A DNA stretch of 64,000 bases from NCBI GenBank assembly GCA_051362555.1, contig CM120645.1, positions 12,276,001-12,340,000 of the forward strand. Reading direction: 5' to 3'. Position numbers and translations under genes: made by a program. The notes under the pieces are model-generated. The model was not told where the DNA came from and searched no databases. It worked only from the letters and a program-made list of their open reading frames with translations. This document shows positions 29,663 through 47,712 of this stretch, piece by piece; the first letter of the stretch is position 1, and the number at the start of each line of letters is the position of its first letter. This DNA is from Lingula anatina (taxonomy: Eukaryota > Animalia > Brachiopoda).

Positions 29663-31623
29663 CAATGCACTGTAAGATTGCATCCAAAGTTGCAATAATT
29701 ACCAATACTTACAAACTAAAGATAAAAGGATATTCAAATTAAAAACAAAGTTATTATGTTATGTGAAGTTATGAATGAAGTGTTAGAAAATTAATTACAT
29801 TTAGAAATTTCACTAACATTTTAAAATACATTATGGTATAAAAGATCGCCCAAAATATCGAGATTTTTTTAGGTAGAAACAAAAATTGGTCATTTTTGTT
29901 CTGTTCTCTGCTCCCATTCATTTTCTTTGTAAACCAGAACTCATCAGGTATCTTTTTTAATTTTGGTAACCAGGTTAAGCAAGCAAAAGGAGGTCCAAAA
30001 CAGAAGAAAAACCTGTCCGAGGAAGTCAAGTCTTTAGTTCAGCGATTGTGGCGAGAGAAGTCTCGGCTGGAACGACAGTGGAATAAGGTAAGGAAGAGGT
30101 GGACAGAAACTGACTGGGTTGGCGGTGAAAGAGAGAGATTGACAGGCAGATGGGCGGGGTAAAATGGCAGTGGGGAGGAGACCACGGTGAGACTGGCAGT
30201 TAGGTGGGAATATCCATACAGATACATGTATATTTTAAGTGTATGTATATGAGCAGAGATACGGCTGTAGAATGGGCATTGAGCAATACGGTGGTGCTGG
30301 CAAACGCAGATCACAGTAGGCCTACAAGTTTCATGGAAGCTTAGTAACGCTATCCTTTGGGTAACACTGTCCATATGATGAAACTGATACCATCTGGTTT
30401 GGCTTATTTATCCTGTCCACTGTTAAGGAAGCAGTGATGTCCTCTAGATAAGCTATCTAGAGGATAACTTTCCACAGAAGGACCTCCAGCCAAGTTAATA
30501 AAAGCTAGAAGGGTTGCTGGGTTAGAGCCTGATGATGGCAGCCAATTTGTTCACTTGATAACGTTATGCTGCTTTGATGACACTGGACTTTTGCACTGCA
30601 TATCAGGTCTAGACAACTTTGAGTATGCCTGAAAATACCTTGTTTAATTTGACAGGAAAAGATGGCTTTGGTAAACACATGGAGTAAGGAGAAGGAGAGT
30701 GAAGTTAGTGAGATGACCATCGGGATAAACGGACTTGTTCAGCAATGGAAACCGGTAGGAACACTTAAAATAATCGTCAAAAAAAAAAAAATAAAAATAA
30801 AAAAACACATTCGTGTAAAACTAGCTAAATCCCAACACCTTGTCGTACACAATTCATTTATAATGAAATTTTAACATAGTTTGATTCTTATCATCGTTTT
30901 AGTCACGTGAATTCAGTTTGACAATATTGATCAGAAATGACCATTTTTAATGAGTACTATTTTATTGTATTCAAGTTTGTAAATGAGTGATGCGTGGATG
31001 TGAGCTGCATCCCACCGCTGGGTCATAAATTAGTGCTTTTTAAGACAGTCAATTTGTCCGGGTATTTAAATTGAGTACACCAAGAAATGATTGAGACAGA
31101 GTCATTGATAAGAGCTAAACTTGTATTTTTAATCAATTCATTAGGAGCAAGTGAAACTGATCTCTTCATGGAATAAGGCAAAAGCAAATCTCATACAGCA
31201 GTGGATTAAACAACAGGTATGAAAAGAGTACATGTGCCGTGCCCTTGTCTTTGTAAACAAATATACAAACGATATGCCATTGTCGTCATAAACAAATATG
31301 CAAACGCTCTTCCATTGTATCCGTAAATAATATATAGTATGCGCTGTTATCTTCAAACAAATATACCATACAAATATTTGTTTTGTTATTTATTCATTTG
31401 TGTCTTTTTTTTTCTTTTTTTCGTGCATTATACGATTTCTTTATAATTAACCATGGCACCCATGTATTTTACAGTTTATCTACCATTTACTTATTTGTTC
31501 ATTTATTTGTTACAGATACTCAGTAAACCATGTGGAAAATCATCTGACTGCGGCAGCGACCAATGCTGCGTCTTTGAATACACGCTGAAGGAAAATCCTT
31601 TCTCTGCTATTGGTCGTCTAGGT

Positions 31624-31668
<45 letters not shown>

Positions 31669-32356
31669 TTTTGAAAAATCACTAAGAGTGATCGAAATCA
31701 TTCGGAATTGTCAAACTGCCCATTTGTTGTAAATTGTACTTAAAAGATCTCTCCCTCTCTATTTCTCTCTCTCATTCTCTTAACGTATGACTAGAAACCA
31801 TGCTTATTATTCATTACTTCAGCACTGCAAGGAGCAGGAACTTGTCAGCCATACAAAAAAGATGGAGAGTGAGTAGCTTTCCGTGATTCAAAATGATTTT
31901 AGTAGAGCATTAAATATAATGCGTTACGTTCATGTTAATAGCATAGAAAAACATTACAAAGGAAAACTGGTAAAACTGATGCCAGTGATGTATAGTGATT
32001 CTGCCGGTGCTAATTTCAGAGGGTTTTGGCAAGTGCATTTAAATTTATCTAAAATGTTATTTTGAAATAATAATAATATCTTTAAAAACTGACCAACCAT
32101 AGGTCTAGAATTACATATTATATTATATTATATTATATTATATTATATTATATTATATTATATTATATTATATTATATTTACAGAAAGTGCGATGCGTTA
32201 GGCCCTTTGATGGTCCAAAATAAATACATCAACGACTGCCCTTGCTCGCCGTCCATGAACTGCGCCTCGGACAACACCTATTCTGAACATGGCTACATCC
32301 TTCCAAAGGATCCCAGATGTACCGAGAAAGAGGTCGGAAGTGGAGATGAGAACTGA
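27631..32356 (+). CDS. Secreted protein with Lys-rich N-terminus, coiled coil and C-terminal prokineticin/colipase/Dickkopf-CRD2-type 10-Cys domain, ~236 aa
   Basis: Exons 27631-27681, 28753-28801, 28955-29127, 29974-30087, 31516-31621, 31823-31868, 32185-32356; phases consistent, 711 nt. Signal peptide MRTLLVLLLVALIVCAQA; heptad region QIEDLEKQLQKEMEKAQNQMKAALQNKLNKVK; Cys pattern CGKSSDCGSDQCC...CQPYKKDGEKC...CPCSPSMNC...C. AATAAA at ~32522. Confidence 0.8.
28638..28750. repeat. (ATATT)n microsatellite
   Basis: Direct reading; a second tract lies at 32115-32179. Confidence 0.95.
29323..29608. mobile_element. Palindromic Harbinger-type MITE with CAG target duplication
   Basis: TIR gggccagtttcataaagg / cctttatgaaactgggcc, CAG at 29320-29322 and 29609-29611; interior also self-complementary. 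Confidence 0.85.
30330..30730 (-). mobile_element. Possible degenerate CR1/L2 LINE reverse-transcriptase fragment
   Basis: Fragments SLLHVFTKAIFSCQI, LEDITASL and MDSVTQRIALL resemble, in the expected order, LINE RT N-terminal blocks; heavily decayed. Confidence 0.35.
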
Positions 32357-33774
32357 ATGTGCACGCGCGCTGCAATGGGCGCATTTAATTGGCATTTTCC
32401 TGTCGTTTCTTTTTGTATAGACACTAGAAAGGTCATTCAAAAAATTATTAACTACTAATAATTGTTTTTATACGGAAATCAAATTGGAAAAATGAAAATT
32501 ACGAAAATTACTTTCGTCAACAATAAATCATTAATTCAAGTAATCGAGATTTGTCTTCAATAGGAATGCTGAGAGTGGCCTTTTCAATTGTTTGTCAGTG
32601 TTCGCTGTCCCACGCAACTTCATTCAACATAAAAGAAAAGGGTCATTGATTCCATACATTGGTTCTTGTTTGTCCATTGTTTAAAATCACCGGTCAAAAA
32701 CATAGTTTACAAGTTAAAAATGTTTATAATAACATTTTGTTTCGTTTTTTATAAAGCAAGCCTGAAATTTGACCACGTGAGCTTTAGCCTGATTCCATTT
32801 GCCCATGGCCAACTGTTTTCAATGGTTAGTTCTGAAATTCAGTGAACCATTCCCGAGCTACGTAATGTAATCCATTACGATACTCAGCACCCTGCCCAAA
32901 CTATGAGCTATATCTTTTTTTCTTTTCGAATCTTTTAAAAATAGCCATCGACATACAGGGTTTATGAAACTTCTTGATGAAAGCACCTAAATAGTGCATG
33001 CATCCAAAGTGATCATGCATCTTGAAATTTGAGAAACAGACAAACGGACTCTACATTTGTCACCTTTTTGGTAACTGTTTGCCAAAATATGGGCGTTGGT
33101 CTATTGTTTATTCTTTTTTCATATCTAATTAATGAACACCTTCCTAGAATATTTAACAAAAAGAGTGTCTTCCGTAATTTGATCTTTTTTTCAGAACATA
33201 ACACGATGATGGAATGCTCTTTCCTCGAATCCTATTACACATGAGCTGTATTTATAATTTTTCCTTTCTTATTTCTTTATCAATTTGCAAGAGTTCACGA
33301 TTTCATTTGTTTCAAACTTCTCCAGCTCCAAAAGTTACAAAGAGAGAGGATGTGTCATTACTTCTTTAAAAGATGTCCCGTTCATACAGGGGCGTTTTTA
33401 TTATGGTTCAATGCTTTTTATTATATTGAAATGAAAGGAGGCATAGAGAAGTACTTAGTTTGCACTTTATTGTCCTTGCAGGTTAACAAAATAACGTAGT
33501 TTTGTATGGTCGGTTTTATCAAAATCATTCAGTCAAAATAATACAACACAAATGTTGGTAATGATTTTTACTTTTTCTTTAAATATATTAATTGCAGTTA
33601 AAGGTAACTTCATTGCATGATACAGCTGTAAGCCCAGACTGATTTGACGAGTTAAATTGTCTAAATGAAAACTTTAGGTAACCCTACTAATTTACAGCTA
33701 ATTTAAATATGTCAAATATGACATTTGTATATAATAACAGAACTTCATTCCGAATTACCCTGCAAAATCAACCT

Positions 33775-38283
<4,509 letters not shown>

Positions 38284-40616
38284 GTTCCCCTTTTGGGGGT
38301 CTGAGACCCACTTTTACGACGCCTTCATATTAACGTGTTTTGCATTGCCTCTGGTCCACACGGATTGAATTGAATTGACAGAACCAGTACAGGGGTCACC
38401 GAAAGATTGTTCCGCTATATGAATATCATAACAGAAACTGGAGATACAACTCGACTGTAAATAAACTAGCAATCCGAAATTTTGATTGAGAATTAAACTG
38501 TTTTAATATTCAAAATGAAAAATGGCCCAAAAGTTGAGAAAAATGCAAAGGAACGCACACATTTGAAGAGTTGAGACGTGTTAACAAATATGCGTGACTT
38601 TTCGGTGCACCCTATAATCGTTATGGCGATTAAACCAGCAATGAATGATTTTGAAACGTGAAATCACGAGAGTTTACTGCTTCATTAAGCGGGCAACAAT
38701 ATCGTTGGATCCGCTTACAATGGAGAGGGTGACAAAGGTCAACCGATTTGATTCGAACTTGACATCTTAAACCCACGATGAATGGAACATAACCTGTTTG
38801 TTTGTTGTTAAATTTCTGGCAAAGTAAAAATATTCAATATGGCCAACTGTGACTCCGTCAATATTTATGCGTCATGACGGAGTTTTCTATGACACTAGCG
38901 GCCACCTGTGGGGCCCTTTTAGTATTTCAGTATTTTTTCGGGTAGAAAACAAACAGTTTCTGTTTTCTGTTTTCATTTTTCTTAACTCCTACGGGTCTGG
39001 AATCCCGGGCATTTTGCCAAAAGTTAAAGGGACAGGGTATGCGAGTGCCTTTATCCAAAATCGTCGTTTTTTTTTATTTTAGAAGGGCAGCACTGATGCA
39101 TACTTTGAAATAAGGCAATCTTTATCTCCTGATCATAAAAATGAACATTAAAACCAAATTGAGAACGCAAAGAATGCATGCAAGATTTATTCTGCTTATG
39201 TTTAGTAAGGGGAATATGCTCCTAAAAGGTAAAAAAAAACCCTTTTACATCAAGGGATATATTCTAGCAATGCAATCTGCACATTTTGAAATGTCCCAAT
39301 ATTTTTTTCTCTGAAGAGGTTTTTACCCCCTGTGAAAAGTTCGCTTCCTGCTGTTATGTTATTTACCGTGTCGAACATAGAGGATCCGTTTAGGCGATTC
39401 TCTTGAGTAATATGCCTATATGAAACTGGAGCCAGCTTATTAAGTTGTCGATCAAAGTGTACCGGTACAGGGTGTATAAATAAACCGCTCATAGATGGAA
39501 AAAGGGACTATGTGAATCCGGATAAAGTTGTGCCCGGTGCTTGATAAGTAAGTCCCAAAAATCACTGAGATATCTATAAAAACTAGCATCGTTTATTCTC
39601 AGGACAAAAGTCAGTATAACATACCTGTACTACGAGAGCAAACCACTGCGTCAGTAGATATAAAGAGGGGTAAATCCCTTCCTTTTTATTAACTAAGTGC
39701 CCAAAACGTTCATTTATACAAAAAGTGCCTAGCAAAGGGATTCGTTTGATTTCCGACTTCTTATTTGATGGTTTTTTTACAAATAATTATTCAACATTTA
39801 ACAACCTGCATCACGGAAATGAGTTTAGTCTAAAAACCAATATGAATTATTCCTCGTGTGAACAGAGCTTGAAAGAGTATGGCATAGACTATTTAGGAAA
39901 CGATCGATAATGGAAATGGAAATTGTAAGCCCGATACATTAACCATGCTTGGCAATAAATCAAAACATCGCTTTCCATGTGTAATCTTCCCTAAGCCTTG
40001 TTAGACTCCTTCTTTATCTTAGAGAGACCCCCCCCCCTCCATCTAAAATTTTTGGCGCTATATAAGAAGCGAACGAGTATTTAGCAATCTTTGGCGCTTA
40101 CCGACCATTTCACTTTTGATACCTTGTTTAACAGCTGCTGTATTCGATATATTCCTAATAGTTTAGAAGCTCAATTCACGAAAAATGCACGTTGGAGAAG
40201 GAGGATTGGTCACATTGTTTCAAGACACGGGGGGGGGGGCACTGACAAAAAAATTCGATGAAGATAAATTTGAAAATTTTCGGCATTTCTCCTTTGATGT
40301 CCAATTTGATTTTCACTTTATTATTTTGTACACAGCTATGTATCTAAAAGCTTTTCAAATAACCTCGTAAATGCCAGGTCAGGTCCGTACGTGTGTGAAC
40401 CCTGCACAGCTCAGGTCCATTAATAGATTTTGAAAACAATGCGCTTTGTTTTTTCGGTCCACTGACATGACCTTTTCAATGGAAGGGTTTTCCGTGTCAA
40501 AATTGTATGATCGGGCACAAACACATTTAGAGAAAGAATACGGTGACATAAAACTCAGTGATCAATTTCGCATATTGCATTAGATGCCTGATCCATAGCC
40601 AAAGTCTTACTCCCCC

Positions 40617-40654
<38 letters not shown>

Positions 40655-41699
40655 TTGTCTATGTGTACCAACCGAGGACATCAGCACAACACCATACAAC
40701 CGAGGACATCTTATTCCTTGGTTAAATCAAAATAAAAACATTCAATTTAGGGTAAAATCTATTCGAGTATGAATGTTATAAATTAATTTTTTATAAAAAC
40801 TAATTTTTTGCTGACAAGAATTTTACATTCTAACCGAGGACACACAGGGACACACACACGGACAGACACTACACATTACAACCGAGGACATGCATGCATC
40901 TACATGTAATAATGATTGTACTTTTAATGCAAAGCAAATTTTATATAGCGTTACTTTGCAGCAATTCACATTTTTATGAAATTCTTTCATATTTAAGGTA
41001 AATTCCAAAATAACACCAGAGGTGATGATTAAATGAACAGTTATACAATATTTAATGCTGGGCTTTGCCACTTTTTTAGAATTGAAGATTATGAGATAAA
41101 ACATCATTTAATTTAGGAAAAGAAAGGATACTGATGAAATAAAATAAAAGACCAAAGAAATTCGTTTTCAAACATTTTATTTTCATAATGCTTATTTTCT
41201 ATTTAGCACTCTTTTATTATCATGAATTTTATATTTTGATAACACAAAGTGTCGTCCATTGGATACAGACTTGCACAGTACACAATTTTACAATTGAGGA
41301 CATCATGCCAGCAGCACCCAAAATTGTGCTTTCTTCCAATTTGATGCAATATTATATAATGCTTAACAGCATAATGATCATCAATTTTTTATAATAAAAT
41401 ATTAGTATCATGAATATTCAGAAAATGTGACTAGCAAAGGTTTTCAGGTTCATGGAACTCCAAAGTCATACTTTGAAAATGCTAAATGTATACAAGACAG
41501 CACTGTACTGAAATGGGTTTCTTTCCATTTTTAACTTTTTTACATAAAATAATACAGTTTACTGCCATTTCACATGATCAACTAAGAAAATTGTTGAGAT
41601 GGCAAAAATATCAATATAACAAGTTTAAATGTCCAATTTCCTCCATTCCGAACATTGTGAATGATTGAATCTGACAAACTACAATGATACGAGTTCATT

Positions 41700-43870
41700 T
41701 CCATTTTGGCACTTTTTTTACACAATACAAGATAACAGGTTTACCACCATTTTTATATAATCAACTAGCAATATTGTCAAGACGCAGAAATTGTCAAACA
41801 ACCCATTTTACATATCTAGTAAATTCAATAATGAGACTTGTTACATGCCTGACAATCAAATCTGAGGAAAACCACTTATATACAAATAAAAGCTGAAGTC
41901 CCTCAAAACTCAACCAATCAATCTTATTTTTAAATTTGATTTGTATATAGATAACATTGATCAATCTTGTGAGTTTAATGACAACAGGCCTATCGGTTCT
42001 CCCTGAAATGTGCTTACAGTGTTACTAATATGCTTTTACTAATAATCATCAGTTCTGTGAGTTTCATGAAAACAGGCTTTAAGTTATTAGTTCTCCCTGA
42101 AATGTGCTTACAGTGTTACATATATGTTGAAAAAAAAAAAAAAAAAAACAGCATAAAATTTGAAAGAAAAGGGCCTGGTCTTGCTGATTTTCAATCTTGA
42201 CCATTCTTTTACTAATAATCATCAGTTCTGTGAGTTTCATGAAAACAGGCTTATTGGTTCTCCTTGAAATATGTTAACAGTGTTGCATGTACACTGAAAA
42301 AAGGAGAAAAAATGCAAAACTTTTGAAAATAATCACCCCATTTCCTCCATTTTGAGACACTGTATTACACAGTACATGATAACATGTTTACCGTCATATT
42401 TATATAATCAACTAGCAATGTTGTAAAGATGCAGACAATTTCAGAGAAACACTAACATATTTACATATCTAGTTAATTCAATAGTGGACTGTTTACATGC
42501 CTGACAATCAAATCTGAGGAAAACCACTTATATACAAATAAAAGCTGAAGTCCCTCAAACCTCAACCAATCAATCTTATTTTTAAATTTGATTTGTATAT
42601 AGATAACATTGATCACTCTTGTGAGTTTAATGACAACAGGCCTATCGGTTCTCCCTGAAATGTGCTTACAGTGTTACTAATATGCTTTTACTAATAATCA
42701 TCAGTTCTGTGAGTTTCATGAAAACAGGCTTTAAGTCATTGGTTCTCCCTGAAATGTGCTTACAGTGTTACATATATGCTGAAAACAAAAAAAAAAACAA
42801 AAAAAAAAAAAAAAAAAAGCATAAAATTTGAAAGAAAAGGGCCTGGTCATGCTGATTTTCAATCTTGATAATTCTTTTTAATTTACTAATAATCATCAGT
42901 TCTCTGAGTTTCATGAAAACAGGCTTATTGGTTCTCCCTGAAATGTGCTTACAGTGTTACTTATATGCTAAAAAAAAAAAAACAGCATAACATTTGAAAG
43001 AAAAGGGCCTGGTCATGCTGATTTTCAATCTTGACCATTCTTTTACTTATAATCATCAGTTCTGTGAGTTTTATGAAAAGGGGCCTATTGGTTCTCCTTG
43101 AAATGTGTTAACAGTGTTGCATGTACAATGAAAAGAGGAGAAAAAATGCAAAACTTTTGAAAATAATCACCCAATTGCCTCCATTTTGAGACACTGTATT
43201 ACACAGTACATGATAACATGTTTACCGTCATATTTATATAATCAACTAGCAATGTTGTAAAGATGCAGAAAATTTCAGACAAACACTAACATATTTACAT
43301 ATCTAGTTAGTTCAATAACCAAACTGTCAACATGCCTGACAATCAAATCTGAGGAAAACCACTTATATATATCAAAACAAGGCACAACTTCCACAAAACT
43401 CAACCAATCAATCCTATTTTCAAACTTGATTTGTATATTGGTAACATTGATCACTCCTGTGAGTTTAATGACAACAGGCCTATCGGTTCTCCCTGAAATG
43501 TGCTTACAGTGTTACTTATATGCTGAAAATGGCAGAAAAAAAACAGCATAACTTTTGACAAAAAATGGCCCGGATATGCCGATTTTTGATCTTGACAACC
43601 CTTTTACTAATAATCATCAGTTCTGTGAGTTTCATGACAATAGACCTATTGCTTCTCCTTGAACTGTGTTTACAGTGTTGCATGTATGCTGAAAAAAGCA
43701 AAAACAACAGCAAATTTTCTGAAAAAAAAAGCAGCCCATTATGAAGATTTTCAAACTTGACCTGCGTTTAACTAATATTCATCAGTTCTGTGAGTTTCAT
43801 GAAAATAGACCTATCGGTTCTCTTTAAAATGTTGCATCGCATATAATATTATGCTGAGAAAAGGGAAAAA
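41700..43870. repeat. Tandem array with ~60-150-bp subunits and higher-order duplication
   Basis: Recurring atcagttctgtgagtttcatgaaaacaggc...ggttctccctgaaatgtgcttacagtgttac; marker gataacatgtttacc...tatataatcaactagcaat at 41731, 42378 and 43212. Confidence 0.9.
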
Positions 43871-44351
43871 CAGCAACTTTGTAAAATTGGCCAGATCACA
43901 CTGATTACGTTGATTGCAATTTATATAGCATTCCTTCTGGGAGAGATCGATCCGTAGTTAGTACGATAGGATCTGGGAACGGTCCCTTAATCGTTTTTGC
44001 CGTGTGCATATCCGAACTGTAGGCCTATATATCAGGACGCGTAATTGTCGGGGCGTCTTTTTTTTTTTTTCTTTTTTTATTTCACAAAGCGGTTCTTGCA
44101 AATGCGGTGTTTATGAATATGTGTGCTCTGTGTTAGCGACATGGACCGACAGGGGCCCATTCAAAATATAATTTCACTTCAGTTGTTAGATTTAGTATTT
44201 ATTCTAGCAGCCAGGTGTATAACAAACAGGTCAGATCTACAGGTGAAAAGAAGTGACTGTAGTTCGCAGAGCCATTATGTAATAATAAATGTTTCATAAT
44301 GTCATAGCCTTCTTCAAACTGTCAGGGGTAGATTAATTCATAGTTAGCTAA

Positions 44352-44563
44352 GGGGCCCTTTACACTGGACGGCGTCCTTTCTGCGTCCTGTAGTACGGAT
44401 CCATTTGAGAGTACAAAATTATAATACTTAACTTTCTGACAACTGGCCAATCACCAAATATTCATTTTTTTCAACCAAAGCAATGCTTGTACCTCCTTTC
44501 TACGACCACAGTGATGCCAGTTTCTTGGTCGCACAAAGGACGCCGCCCCAGTGTAAAGGGGGT
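44352..44563. mobile_element. Harbinger-like MITE
   Basis: TIR ccctttacactggacggcgtccttt / aaaggacgccgccccagtgtaaaggg, TWA-like flanks. Confidence 0.7.
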
Positions 44564-44594
44564 TTACGGACGATCCATTTACCCTTTTCATTTA

Positions 44595-44912
44595 CTCTGA
44601 GGTATCGAATAAAAGAACTGATGGAATAAAAGTACTGGGTGGAAAAAATCTCAAAATTTAATAAAAGTACTGATGGAATAAAAGTACTGGGTGTAAAAAA
44701 TCTCGAAATTTAATAAAAGTACTAGATGGAATAAAAGTACTGGGTGGAAAAAACCTTTGCACCACTCCCCCCCCCCAAAAAAAAAAAAAATGAAATAAAT
44801 AATTATAAATAAAAGTAAAGAAGAAGAAGAGAAAGAAAAAAGCTAGCTATTGATCATTGTAAAAAAAAAAAAAAATTCACCAGGTAAAATTCACTCAGTA
44901 TTATAATTTATC

Positions 44913-44970
<58 letters not shown>

Positions 44971-45647
44971 CCATGAGTTAAATTTCATAATCGTCAGGGG
45001 CCGAAGACCCAGATATGTCGCACCTAAGCCGCCTCCGAGAGCCATACGGAGACGTTATTCATAGTAAATTTATTCTCAGATATAAGGTTCGTTTTGCATA
45101 CCTGTAAACTCCTAAGGGTTTATCTTACATAGAAATGTGATTTAACATCGTTTAAATCATAAATCGGCATGAAATAATTGACGTTTGAAAACAGGCACAA
45201 CTTCTTTGCTGCACTTGAAATGACCTCCTTAGCTATAAATATGATCCTATCACCTTGCGACATTGCATCATTCGATCGATGTACATGAGTAGTTGTCACT
45301 GTTGAAGGGAAAGCACGTCTATTTATAGGAACTAAAATCAGGTGATGCATGTACTGTTGTGTTCAGAGAGCGACTTCCGCTTGACCTACTTTCCAGTGCT
45401 GTTGGTAGAACAGTCGGTAATGAGTTGAGATCTCAATTTTCTTCTCATTATACTTCAATTTAAGAAAATAAAAAGCGTGACTTGTACTTGTGTAATTTCC
45501 CACCGGTACAATATGTATTTAATAAACATACCGGGTGGAAGATTTTTGAAAAATTAATAAGCGTACTGGGTGAAAATGGAGCGTACCGGCGGGAAGAAAT
45601 TTGGAAAATTAATTAACGTACCGGTACGTTTATTTGATACTTCAGAG
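44595..45647. mobile_element. Tc1/mariner-superfamily non-autonomous element with TA target duplication
   Basis: TA-ctctgaggtatcgaataaa ... tttatttgatacttcagag-TA; subterminal ~52-bp repeats (aataaaagtactgggtggaaaa) at both ends. Confidence 0.75.
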
Positions 45648-47214
45648 TAATTCTTGCACCCTCAAAAGATTGTCGGTCCTAAGATCTACCGAGTGAGCCA
45701 CAAATTCAGACAGTTCTTTATTTAAACCACACCAAGTCAGTTGTACTAATAAAGAAGCGTGCCGTAATATGTAGGTGCGATGATAGTTATGTAGTTACGT
45801 AACGGCCTAGGAGAGCTTAATTTGATAAAAAAGACCTTTAGTTTAAAAATATGAACTTACTGAATATATAGACATCTGAGATATAACATTAGTTTCAGTT
45901 TAGTCTGCCCTTTACAGCACAACCGAGGACGCGGAATTTGGTCCGCCCTTAACAGCACAACCGAGGACGCGTGTGTATAGCCCGATTTCAGACAAAAAGT
46001 TGGACAGTATTTCTGATACACTCGTGGCGGGAATTTGGCCCGCGCTATACAGCATAACCGAGGACTGGCTCAGAATAGCGTCAAATTTCACCACCTAACT
46101 TGAAATGGGCCCCTTTATGCATTCCACTGCTTATGTCAACCGAGGACGTCCTCGGTTGGAGGTGTGTCCTCGGTTAGTGGGTTTCGGGCGGGTGTGTGTC
46201 CTCGGTTAGAATGCGTGCACAAGAGCACACACACACACACACACACACACACTGATCATCGGTATTTTTTCGGAACGCCCCCCCCCCCCCCCCCCCCCCG
46301 GCACCCCCACCGCCAATTTTATTTAAATTGCCTCCCAGGTGCCTTTGGACTAGTGTGCACTAAATGTACTGGTAAACCATAGTAAGCATGCAGACAAATA
46401 GATCACAAACTTTTTTAGATCTAAGACATACCAACAAAAGAACAAACGGATTTATCAGTGATATAGTTGGTTCAGACTGCCTACAAATCAGTCTAGCTTT
46501 GACAGTTTGGAGTGCGAAGTTGAGCCTGCTATGGGCTCCTAAACTTCTGGTTTAATAATTTGAAGTCCTCATAACGGACTCGTTGAAAAGCAGCTAAAAA
46601 AAACTTTCTACTGACTGTGTGTTGGGTTAATAGGTGAACGATTTCTCTACTATTGAGAAAATGATGGAGAAAATCCACGTTGTTTTTTAAGCATATTGTT
46701 TATAAAACCTTAGGTTCAAATGAATAAATAGCTAACTAAAATGGTTTTTGCGGTGCCCTATTAGCGATGTAAGCAAGGTTAGTGTTTCAAAATTACAAAA
46801 TAACACCAAGAAAAAACTTCTGAAATTGCTACTTTCAGTGCTTTGTGTGCGCGTTTGCTGAAGTTGATTGCACATGTGACACCGTTCAAACATCGCTGAT
46901 CGGGAACAAAACTAGAACAATCAAATTTACCAACGGGTGTGTGCTGGAAACACAATATACAATTAACGGAGATATTTACACAAACTGGCTCACTGCAGCA
47001 AAAGACAGCGCACATTGTTGACAGAACTGACTCACTGCTGAAAGAGACAGCGCTTTTTGTTGGTTGTCTTGCCTATAAAATCTCATAATCTTATGTAAAT
47101 TATTGAGGCAAGCGGTGAGTCGGGTAGCGGTAACATTGGTGCTATATGAACCGCTGTGCGAAAGCTAGTTGTAAAGGATTTTGTATCACTATTAAATTCG
47201 GGGGCAACGAGGTC

Positions 47215-47249
<35 letters not shown>

Positions 47250-47429
47250 AAGAAGAAGAAGACAATCAAAAAGGAAAGACACGTTTGCAAATGATAATAG
47301 ATATTTAAACATTGTGAAAAAAAGTCCTATTCCATTGCTTCAGATATTTTGTCTATCACCCTCAAAAAAGTCATTATTTGAAATATCACCCAATAATGCG
47401 TTGTGCACGACAACACACTGCTTCTGCAA

Positions 47430-47535
47430 CTTGTACAACTATTAATACTACTACTACATGTACTACTACTTGTGCTACCGCTACTGCCGCTGCTGCTACC
47501 ACTACTGCTACAGCTGCTTCTGCTGCTAGTACAAT
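47430..47535. repeat. Degenerate (ACT/GCT)n trinucleotide repeat
   Basis: actactactacatgtactactacttgtgctaccgctactgccgctgctgctaccactactgct. Confidence 0.85.
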
Positions 47536-47547
47536 TACTGTACTTAC

Positions 47548-47712
47548 CATCGTTTTACCCGCGTCATTTTCACCTCCGACCCGAATAACCACCCCGCTTC
47601 GGCTCTCTGGGCCGCTAGTTTTTAAAGAACCTATACCGCCCTTGGCATCGCCCACCGTAGCTTCACTACCTTGACTTGGTACAGACATGCCACCGCTGCC
47701 TTTGGGCTCCAT
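47548..47712 (-). CDS. Candidate distal first coding exon, possibly of the ankyrin-repeat gene
   Basis: Strong acceptor (ttatcttgcag, exon start 47769), in-frame TGA two codons before ATG 47712, GC-richer ORF MEPKGSGG...ENDAGKTM, phase-0 GTAAGT donor at 47547 compatible with the phase-0 exon at 37745. Confidence 0.4.

Noticed and set aside
47378-47674. Thr/Ala-rich mucin- or antifreeze-like ORF on the plus strand
   Set aside because: Produced by a trinucleotide microsatellite; splice signals favour a minus-strand exon.
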